A DNA stretch of 63,988 nucleotides, filler included, from Limisphaerales bacterium (GTDB lineage Bacteria; Verrucomicrobiota; Verrucomicrobiia; Limisphaerales; SIBE01), in assembly GCA_044225505.1 (NCBI GenBank). It is 3 parts of 3 records of this genome, joined end to end, with 100 filler letters (N's around TTAATTAATTAA, not from the genome) between each part and the next. Parts side by side here need not be neighbours in the genome. Positions count along the whole stretch, not along the records: positions 22,504 to 44,717 come from JBGAIN010000142.1; positions 44,818 to 63,988 come from JBGAIN010000157.1; 1 more part is not named here. One strand, given 5' to 3'. The notes under the pieces were generated by a model, which was given only the letters and a program-made list of their open reading frames with translations, was not told where the DNA came from and did not search any database. The position numbers were made by a program, and so were the translations under genes. Below, one piece after another: positions 41,470 to 49,488 of this stretch (position 1 is the stretch's first letter; every line of letters begins with the position of its first letter).

Positions 41470-43830
41470 ATGAGTTTGCGTGGGCTTGTCTTCATGATGT
41501 GTCTCGGGGCGAGTCTTGAGCATTCCAGCGCGGCCGCGGACGAGTCCCCTGGAACTCCTCCTGGGACTGTTTATAGCCGCCAAATTCAACCGCTCCTGGA
41601 GCGATATTGCTATTCCTGTCATGGGAATGGCCGTCGCAAAGGCGATCTGGCCTTGGACACGTTTTCCGACGAAGCCGCTATGCGCGCCGACCTTCGGACC
41701 TGGCAAAACGTGCTCCACCATGTCCGGACCGGTGAAATGCCTCCTCGAAACAAGCCGCAGCCAACCCTCGAAGAGCGCGATCGCATGGTCGCCTGGATTG
41801 AAGCCGACGTCTTTCAAACGGACTGCAACCATCCCGATCCCGGCCGAGTCACGATTCGCCGGTTGAACCGTGTCGAATACAACAACACTATCCGCGCGTT
41901 GACCGGAATCACATTTGAAGCTGGCGTTGATTTTCCGGCAGATGACATCGGATACGGATTCGACAACATTGGCGATGTGCTGTCGCTCCCGCCAATCTTG
42001 TTAGAGAAGTATATGGCAGCCGCGGAGAAGGTTTTGAGCGCCGTCTTAAACACAAACCTGCCACCCAGTTACCCGATCGCGCGGTTGGTGCCGGATGAAC
42101 TCGAAGCCACGGCGCCGGGCGGGTCCTATGGACGCGGAGCGAGGCTGCTGTCGCGTGAAGGGGAGATGAGCGCCGCCGTCCCGTTCTCCAGCTTTGGCGA
42201 GTATGCGATTCGCATTCGCGCATTTGGGCAGCAAGCCGGTCCGGAACCGGTGCGAATGGATCTTCGGCTCGATGGCGAGTTGGTGTCGGTCGTCGACGTG
42301 ACAGCGGTCGAAAGCGCACCGCGCACTTACGAATGTCGACTTATCCTGGAGCCGGGCCGCAAGTGCCTGACGGTCGGGTATATCAATAACTATGTAAATC
42401 CGAACGACCCGGATCCAAACAACCGAGACCGTAACCTCATCGTGGAGAGTCTCGAGATCGCCGGGCCGATTCTGCCGGAGCAAATGAGATACACCGATTC
42501 GTATCGCCAGGTTGTCCGTTGCCGACCGGACGAAGGAGTTGCGCCAAGGCAGTGTGCGGAACGCATTTTGGAGCGCTTTGCCACCCAAGCGTTCCGGCGC
42601 CCCGTCTTGACTTCCGAGAAAGACCGTCTTTGCCGCTTGTTCGATCTGGCCAACGATGAGGGCCTGGGTTTCGAAGAGTCGCTTCGAGTGCCGCTGACCG
42701 CCATCCTGGTTTCACCGCACTTCCTGTTTCGCGGCGAGCTCCAGACGGATCCCAACGACCCTGGTCAGATTCGTCCGGTCGATGAATTCGCCCTCGCCAC
42801 CCGCTTGTCCTATTTCCTTTGGAGCACGATGCCTGACCAAGCGCTCTTTACCGAGGCGGAGCAGGGGACCCTCCGACAGAATCTTTCGGTCCAAGTAAAC
42901 CGAATGTTGCGAGACTCTAAGATACGGGCGCTGGTAGACAATTTCGCATTGCAATGGCTTCAAGTAAGGAGCTTGAGAGCCGTTGCTCCGGACTGGCTGG
43001 AGTTTCCCGAATTTGACGACGAGCTGCGCGCGGCCATGGAAAACGAGACGGCGCTATTCTGTGACGCCATCGTCACCGAGGACCGTTCGGTCTTGGAGTT
43101 TCTCGACGCCGATTATACCTTCCTCAACGAGCGATTAGCGCAGCATTACCGGATCGACGGGGTCGTTGGGCCGGAGTTCCGACGCGTCTTCCTCCATGGA
43201 ACCGCGCGCGGCGGCATCCTGACCCAAGGAAGTATCCTTACGATCACGTCGAACCCGACCAGGACTTCGCCCGTGAAACGTGGCAAGTGGGTCCTGGAGA
43301 ATATTCTGGGCGCGCCTCCGCCCCCACCGCCCCCGAATGTTCCGGAACTCAAGAGCGCCAAGGAACTCCGGGGCACGTTGCGTCAACGGATGGAACAACA
43401 CCGGGAGAATGCCTTGTGTGCATCCTGCCACGCGCGGATGGATCCCATCGGGTTTGGCTTCGAAAACTTCAACGCGGTTGGCGGATGGCGTGCGCAAGAC
43501 GGCGTCGACCCGGTCGATCCTAGCGGCGAGCTATCCAGTGGTGAGAAGTTTCAGGGACCTGCGGAATTGAAACGTATTCTGGTCTCTGCCAAGCGGCAGG
43601 ATTTCCTCCGGTGTCTCACCGAAAAGCTCCTCACCTACGCTCTGGGACGCGGCTTGGAATACTTCGACAAATGTGCGGTCGATCAGATTGTCGAACGGGT
43701 TGCCGCTCAAAACTACCGCTTCTCCAGTCTGGTCTCCGAGATCATTCAGAGTGCGCCGTTTCAACTGCGACGGGGAGAAAAGACCCCGGACTCAGCGGCT
43801 CAACCGGCGAGGGAAAAGGTCGACACTTAA
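41470..43830 (+). CDS. DUF1592/1588/1587/1595/1585 (PSD) cytochrome-c-domain protein
   Basis: CYSCH and CASCH haem motifs, RRLNRVEY, RLSYFLW, TSPVKRG; internal beta-rich insert ending DRNLIV. Confidence 0.9.
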   Translation: MSLRGLVFMMCLGASLEHSSAAADESPGTPPGTVYSRQIQPLLERYCYSCHGNGRRKGDLALDTFSDEAAMRADLRTWQNVLHHVRTGEMPPRNKPQPTLEERDRMVAWIEADVFQTDCNHPDPGRVTIRRLNRVEYNNTIRALTGITFEAGVDFPADDIGYGFDNIGDVLSLPPILLEKYMAAAEKVLSAVLNTNLPPSYPIARLVPDELEATAPGGSYGRGARLLSREGEMSAAVPFSSFGEYAIRIRAFGQQAGPEPVRMDLRLDGELVSVVDVTAVESAPRTYECRLILEPGRKCLTVGYINNYVNPNDPDPNNRDRNLIVESLEIAGPILPEQMRYTDSYRQVVRCRPDEGVAPRQCAERILERFATQAFRRPVLTSEKDRLCRLFDLANDEGLGFEESLRVPLTAILVSPHFLFRGELQTDPNDPGQIRPVDEFALATRLSYFLWSTMPDQALFTEAEQGTLRQNLSVQVNRMLRDSKIRALVDNFALQWLQVRSLRAVAPDWLEFPEFDDELRAAMENETALFCDAIVTEDRSVLEFLDADYTFLNERLAQHYRIDGVVGPEFRRVFLHGTARGGILTQGSILTITSNPTRTSPVKRGKWVLENILGAPPPPPPPNVPELKSAKELRGTLRQRMEQHRENALCASCHARMDPIGFGFENFNAVGGWRAQDGVDPVDPSGELSSGEKFQGPAELKRILVSAKRQDFLRCLTEKLLTYALGRGLEYFDKCAVDQIVERVAAQNYRFSSLVSEIIQSAPFQLRRGEKTPDSAAQPAREKVDT

Positions 43831-44520
43831 CGCCTCAGAGCCTGGCGCGCTCGATAAAAGCGGGCTTGGCCCTGGCGCGGGATTCGCAACTCGGTATCCG
43901 TTTCGTCCGACCGGAGCAGAACGGTCGCGACAGATTCCCAGTGCACCAGATCGAGAGACTCTTCCACCGTCACTTCAACGTCGGGGAGGCTGGAGATTCG
44001 CAGCCCGAGTTCGTTTCGGTCCGCGGTCACGACCCCAAAGCGAACCGTTTGGACGAGCGCATCCTCTTCCCATCCAGCGAAGATCCCTTGGCTCGGATTG
44101 TGATATTTGCCACTTGCGGTCTGTTCCAGTTTGACGGCCCAAACCATAAAGACGCGCTTGGAACTTGGAAGAGCGACCGTGAAGTCCAGCTCGACCAGTC
44201 CGGCCGGCCTTGAAAGATCGAATTTGCCGTCGCTTGCTATGGCCGTCCGGCGAGAGAAATCCGGAGTAGGGAACAGGCACGTGACCGAACAAGAAGACCG
44301 CTTTCACCGAATTGGTGCCGGCAGCGTGGTCCGCCAGGACGAGCGATTTGATCGATTCGACCGAATTCGTCGGAGCAATGTCGTGGCGTCGCTCGATCCA
44401 TCCATCGCCAACCAAGTCCTGTTGAAGTTGGTTTAACTCGCGCTGCAAAGTTCCCGCGTGCGTCCCATCCACAATCAAGACGACCGCACCACGGTCCTCA
44501 ATCAAAGTCGCCCTGTCCCG
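43827..44520 (-). pseudogene. degraded secreted protein gene (frameshift, probable internal deletions) with C-terminal RFYR domain
   Basis: DLVGDGW...FLFGHVPVPYSG..PDGH in one frame, then DGKFD...AVKLEQTASG.Y.NPSQG...RFYRAR in another frame from about 44232. Confidence 0.6.
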
Positions 44521-44717
44521 CGGCGACGGTTAAACCGAATCTGACTCTCTGACGCATGGATCGGACCGCTTGCAACGTTCGGCGATAGCTTGGCAGGCCC
44601 GTCCGGATACGCCATCAGGCGGCAGCTCAGTCTTCGTATCCTCTCCCTCCTGACGGCCCCCGCGCTTGGGGGGGGGCGGCAGGGATGCGCGCAACCTTTT
44701 TATGGTTCCGGGGTTCC

Positions 44718-44817
44718 NNNNNNNNNNNNNNNNNNNNNNNNNNNNNNNNNNNNNNNNNNNNTTAATTAATTAANNNNNNNNNNNNNNNNNNNNNNNNNNN
44801 NNNNNNNNNNNNNNNNN
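44718..44817. other. assembly/contig linker (N44-TTAATTAATTAA-N44)
   Basis: Identical in design to the linker at 22404-22503. Confidence 0.97.
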
Positions 44818-45815
44818 ACCTCGTTATGGTCTTGCGTCGGACAGATGGGCATCTTCTATGGCAGACGGCGGTGCGTGAAGAATGGCCCCACGAAGGCGGG
44901 CACGAGACCGGTAGTCCGGCCTCGAGTTCCCCGGTGACCGACGGGGAACGAATCTACGCCTCGTTTGGGTCGCACGGCCTTTACTGTTTGGATATGGACG
45001 GAAAGGTCATCTGGCAAAAGGACCTGGGGCGTATGCAAACGCTACACTCTCACGGCGAAGGGAGTTCTCCGGTGCTCTCGGGAGATACGTTGATCCTGAA
45101 TTGGGATCACGAAGGGGCGTCCTTCCTCTATGCGTTCGACAAGCGAACGGGGAAACAGCTTTGGCAGGTGTCCCGCGATGAGAAAACGTCCTGGTCTACG
45201 CCTTTAGTCGTTCGCGTGGATGGGAGACAGCAAGTGATCGTGAGTGCCACGAAGAAGATCCGAGGGTACGACCTTGAGACGGGTTCCCAGCTCTGGGAAT
45301 GCGCGGGGCTTACCGACAATGTCGTTTCGTCACCCGTTTACACGGATGGACTTTTGATTTCCGGGAACAGCTACTACCAGCAAGCGATGCTGGCGATCCG
45401 GCTGATCGGAGCGCGAGGAGATTTGGCACGGACGGACCATGTGGTTTGGAAGCTCAACCGTTTGACTCCCTATGTCTCATCGCCCTTAGTCTATGATGAG
45501 ACGCTTTATTTTCTGCGGCATAACCAGAATGTGCTTTCGCGCTTTAACCCCAGAACTGGGAAGCCGCTGGCCGAGCCGGTACGTCTCGAAGGCATACGCG
45601 ATTTCATCTTCGCGTCGCCAGTCGGCGCCGCGGGACGCATCTACGTGACCGGACGAGATGGGGCGACCGTCGTACTGCAACATGACCGGGAGAATGCGGT
45701 CCTTGCGGTGAACCGGCTAGATGACTCTTTCAGCGCATCGGCCGCACTAGCGGGGCGTGAAATGTATCTTCGCGGTGAGCGTTTCCTATATTGTCTGGCA
45801 GAGGTTGGAAAGTAG
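44818..45815 (+). CDS. PQQ-binding-like beta-propeller protein (5'-truncated by contig start)
   Basis: Repeated SSP/STP...DxxTGxxxW blades. Confidence 0.88.
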
Positions 45816-45818
45816 GGG

Positions 45819-46157
45819 TCAACCAGCGCGGTGGATCTCACGATCGCGCGTTACGGTCGGAGACGCATGCTCCGGGCCGAGATCCAGACAGTGCTTGGGA
45901 CACGCTTCAACGCACGCACCACAGTGGATGCAGCGCAGCCGATCGATAATCCATTGCTTTTGAGCCCGCAGGACACGCAAGGCGGCCGTTGGGCATTTCT
46001 TCGCGCAGACGGTGCAGTAAACACAGTGCTCTTGCTTAAATAAAAGCTGACCCCGAGAACCTGCGATGAGCCGGCGTGGTTCGAATGGATAGCGGCTGGT
46101 GGGCGGCGACGTGAAGGCCCATTTCAAGACCAGCTTGCTCATGGCGAAGTAACCCAT
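45819..46157 (-). CDS. echF: Ech hydrogenase 2x[4Fe-4S] subunit
   Basis: TSRYPF, CVYCTVCAKKCP and CIHCGACVEACP. Confidence 0.9.
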   Translation of the reverse strand: MGYFAMSKLVLKWAFTSPPTSRYPFEPRRLIAGSRGQLLFKQEHCVYCTVCAKKCPTAALRVLRAQKQWIIDRLRCIHCGACVEACPKHCLDLGPEHASPTVTRDREIHRAG

Positions 46158-46158
46158 A

Positions 46159-47235
46159 TTACCTTTCGGTGCAACTGATGCAGGGGTCGATCGTGAGAAC
46201 GATCACGGGCACATCCGCCAGCTCACATCCTGGCAGCAACTGAAGCATTGCGGGCAGGTTGGCAAACGTGGGTGTGCGCACGCGAAACCGGACCAGATGT
46301 TTCGACCCGTTTGCCTTTAGATGGTAGATGACTTCTCCGCGGGGTTGCTCGGTTCGGACTATGGCTTCGCCCTGAGGATTGCCGCTCACTTTCACGGAGA
46401 TTTCACCTTGCGGCATTTTGGCACACGCTTGCCGGATGAGGTCAATGGATTGAGTTAATTCCGCGCAGCGGACCGCACATCGAGCGTAACAGTCTCCTTC
46501 AGTGCGGACGATGGGCTGGAAGTCCAACTCACCAAAGGCGGCATAACCCTCGGTGCGAATGTCCTGGCTAACGCCGCTTGCTCGCGACATTGGTCCGACG
46601 CACCCAAGCTGATAGGCATCTTCTCGCGAGAGCACGCCTACTTGGCGAAGCCGCTGTTGGACGGAGCGATCATCAAGAAAGACGTGGACGATTTCTTGGA
46701 TATCTGCCTCGATCCGTTGCAGCGCTTGGAGGATGTCTTGAAGTGCGTTGTGGTCGATGTCGCGCCGAACGCCGCCGATTTTGCAGGAGCCGAAAATGAC
46801 TCGACCTCCAGTCGTGGCTTCGATGATATTTAAAACGCTCTCGCGCACCCGCCAGGAGTGCATAAAGAGACTTTCGAAGCCTATGGCATCGGCCATTAGA
46901 CCTAGCCAGAGGAGATGGCTATGGAGCCGAGAAAGTTCTCCCCAGATCGTTCGCAGGAATAGCGCCCGCGGCGGAACGGCAATATCCATCAACGTCTCGA
47001 CAGCCTGACAGTAAGTCTGTCCGTGAATAAAACTGCAAATCCCACACACGCGCTCGGCGACGTAGACAAACTCCACGTAGTCTTTCTTCTCCACGAGCTT
47101 TTCCAGTCCCCGATGGATAAAGCCGATCGATGGCATGGCCTCGACGACCTTTTCGTCCTCAATGACAAGGTCCAGGTGGACAGGCTCTGGCAAGACCGGA
47201 TGTTGGGGTCCAAATGGGACGATCGTGCGCGACAT
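46159..47235 (-). CDS. echE: Ech [NiFe] hydrogenase large subunit
   Basis: PFGPQHP, HRGLEK, L1 ERVCGIC, L2 DPCISCTER at the very C-terminus. Start moved to ATG 47235. Confidence 0.95.
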   Translation of the reverse strand: MSRTIVPFGPQHPVLPEPVHLDLVIEDEKVVEAMPSIGFIHRGLEKLVEKKDYVEFVYVAERVCGICSFIHGQTYCQAVETLMDIAVPPRALFLRTIWGELSRLHSHLLWLGLMADAIGFESLFMHSWRVRESVLNIIEATTGGRVIFGSCKIGGVRRDIDHNALQDILQALQRIEADIQEIVHVFLDDRSVQQRLRQVGVLSREDAYQLGCVGPMSRASGVSQDIRTEGYAAFGELDFQPIVRTEGDCYARCAVRCAELTQSIDLIRQACAKMPQGEISVKVSGNPQGEAIVRTEQPRGEVIYHLKANGSKHLVRFRVRTPTFANLPAMLQLLPGCELADVPVIVLTIDPCISCTER

Positions 47236-47239
47236 AAGG

Positions 47240-47665
47240 TCAAAGTGGAGCGCTGCTTGGGAGGGCGACCGCACGCGACGTGGGTTGCACCGCGGAAGCC
47301 GGCTTCGAGGGGGGAGCTTTGACCTTGGCGAACGGGAATTTGACTGCCGTCTTGTAAAGGTTTCCGCCAAAGTCGACCGCCATGCCATTTACTTGCACCT
47401 GGAACAGGTCATGCAATTCGTTTTCGTAGAGCATGGCGCAAGCGAAGATGGAACTGATGCTTGGGACTTGCGGGCTCGATCCCGATAACAAAAGCCGGAG
47501 ATGGGCAAGTTGTCCGGCAAGGTCGAACGTGTAGGTGAGTTCAACGACTTCCGGGAGTCGAGTCGCGCTGATTTGGACGAGGCGAGATCCGCTTGCTTGC
47601 AGACCTTGCACTCGATTCAACAGCGTTTCAGACGTGATCGGCTCAAGCTTGGGCGGGTGGTGCAT
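47240..47665 (-). CDS. echD: Ech hydrogenase subunit D (NuoC-like)
   Basis: RLVQI, ELTYTF, PSISSIFACAMLYENELHDLF. Start moved to ATG 47665. Confidence 0.88.
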   Translation of the reverse strand: MHHPPKLEPITSETLLNRVQGLQASGSRLVQISATRLPEVVELTYTFDLAGQLAHLRLLLSGSSPQVPSISSIFACAMLYENELHDLFQVQVNGMAVDFGGNLYKTAVKFPFAKVKAPPSKPASAVQPTSRAVALPSSAPL

Positions 47666-48629
47666 AAAGATCGCGTTGCAGGTGGATCCAAGTAATGGCA
47701 GGGGTAAAAACCTCGGTCTTGTATTCTCGATAACCCAATTTGTGAAATCGCCTGAGATTTCTTTCGCTTTTGCTCCCAACGTAGGTGGCATGGCGTTGCG
47801 CGCCCGGAAAGTAATGTTCAATCTCACGGAGCAGTTTTTGGCCGATACCGCGGTTTCGAAAGTAGGGATGGACAATCAGTTGGCGAATATGCAGCGTCTC
47901 CAGTTCTGCATAGCCACGCACGGAACCGATGATCTTACCGTTAACGACGGCCTTCAGGATTTGTGTTCTGCGGGGCACGCTCCGTTCTGGGGTGTTTGCA
48001 GACTCCTGCGGAATAGCCATTTGAAGCTCCGTTGACTCAAACTCGGCCTCCAGTTGTTCGAGGGTTTGCTCCAGGGCAGGCAGGCTGTCGTCGCCATAGA
48101 TTTCTGCCTCGCTTTGATAGGCGATTTTTTGCAGGGCGAGGATTTCGGCGGCATCGGCTATTCTGGCTCGTTGAATGAGTACTTTGTCGAGAGAGTTCGC
48201 GATCGATTGCATCGCTCGCTGTTTCTCTTCCAAGACGGCAAGTGAGCGAACGACACCGTCGATGATTGCCTCGGGGCGAGCCGCACATCCGGGGATGTAG
48301 ACGTCGACAGGGATGGCTGTATCCACACCGCCCGAGATATTGTAGCACTCGCGGAAAATGCCGCCGCTCGCGGCGCATGAACCGATGGCTACGACGACTT
48401 TGGGCTCAACGAGTTGGTGGTAGATGTTGCGAATGACAGCTCGGCTCTGTTCGTTCACGGCGCCTGTCACCAGGAAGATGTCTGCATGCTTCGGGTTACC
48501 CGTGTTTACGACGCCGAGGCGTTCCACATCGAACATCGGAGTGAGACAAGCGAGTGTTTCAATATCGCACCCGTTACAGCTCGAAGCGTCGTAATGAATA
48601 ATCCAGGGAGATTTGCGAAGGCTGGACAT
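47643..48629 (-). CDS. echC: Ech hydrogenase small subunit fused to a C-terminal GNAT acetyltransferase domain
   Basis: aa 1-140: SCNGCDIE, GSCA, PGCAARPE (Cys18/21/85/115). aa ~150-322: GNAT with IIGSVR, LIVHPYFRNRGIG, KLGY. Confidence 0.9.
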   Translation of the reverse strand: MSSLRKSPWIIHYDASSCNGCDIETLACLTPMFDVERLGVVNTGNPKHADIFLVTGAVNEQSRAVIRNIYHQLVEPKVVVAIGSCAASGGIFRECYNISGGVDTAIPVDVYIPGCAARPEAIIDGVVRSLAVLEEKQRAMQSIANSLDKVLIQRARIADAAEILALQKIAYQSEAEIYGDDSLPALEQTLEQLEAEFESTELQMAIPQESANTPERSVPRRTQILKAVVNGKIIGSVRGYAELETLHIRQLIVHPYFRNRGIGQKLLREIEHYFPGAQRHATYVGSKSERNLRRFHKLGYREYKTEVFTPAITWIHLQRDLYAPPAQA

Positions 48630-48636
48630 GGCAAAG

Positions 48637-49488
48637 TTACCGCAGAAGAGAGAGAATTAAAATATTGCCGAAGCCGAGGAGGACGGCCACCAGCCAAGCG
48701 CTTCGCAGGGCCGTTTGCCATTTCAGACGGGCGAAGACATTATCGACCCAAACGACGAGAAGGAAGACGGCGACGGAGACGATCAATCCAAGAATCGGCA
48801 ATGCCGCAAAGAACAAATAAACCCAACCGAGCAACAGCACGATTTCATACCAGTGTGCGATTTCAATCATGGCCAACGTCCGCCCGGAGAACTCCGTCGT
48901 GATGCCGCGCACGAGCTCTTGATGCGCGTGGTGCGAGCTGGAGAGGTCAAATGGTGATTTGCGGAGTTTAATCTCCAACGTATAGAGGAATCCGAAGAAG
49001 ATCCCGGGCAGGGCGACCACCAGGAGGCCAGGATGGCGCGCGATCTCGTGAACGTAAAAGCTCTTTGTGGCCATGTACATTCCAACGGCCGTCAAGAGCA
49101 CCATCGGCTCGTAGGCCATCATTTGCAGAAGCTCACGTTCCGCACCCAAGAAGCTGTAAGGCGAACTCGCTTTGTAGGCGCCAAGAACGAAGAAGATGGC
49201 CCCCAGCGTCAGCGCAAAAATGACCAGGAGCAAGTCTGAGCCGCCAAAAAACAATGCGCCTGTAAAAATGACGAGGAGCAAAAAGAAAACGATGAAGTGA
49301 TTCTGTGAACGGCGGACTACAACGTTCTCTTTTTGGCAGAGCTTAAAGACGTCATAGAAGGGCTGGAGTAGCGGCGGGCCGAGGCGAGCTTGCATCCTAG
49401 CAGAAATGCGGCGGTCCCAACCCGCCAACAGACCGCCCAGCAGCGGGGCTCCGACCAAAAAGACAAGGATCCTAATCCACGCACTCAT
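48637..49488 (-). CDS. echB: Ech hydrogenase membrane subunit B (NuoH-like)
   Basis: DRRISARMQARLGPP.LQPFYD, GAEREL, KSPFD, HQEL. ATGA overlap with echA. Confidence 0.92.
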   Translation of the reverse strand: MSAWIRILVFLVGAPLLGGLLAGWDRRISARMQARLGPPLLQPFYDVFKLCQKENVVVRRSQNHFIVFFLLLVIFTGALFFGGSDLLLVIFALTLGAIFFVLGAYKASSPYSFLGAERELLQMMAYEPMVLLTAVGMYMATKSFYVHEIARHPGLLVVALPGIFFGFLYTLEIKLRKSPFDLSSSHHAHQELVRGITTEFSGRTLAMIEIAHWYEIVLLLGWVYLFFAALPILGLIVSVAVFLLVVWVDNVFARLKWQTALRSAWLVAVLLGFGNILILSLLR

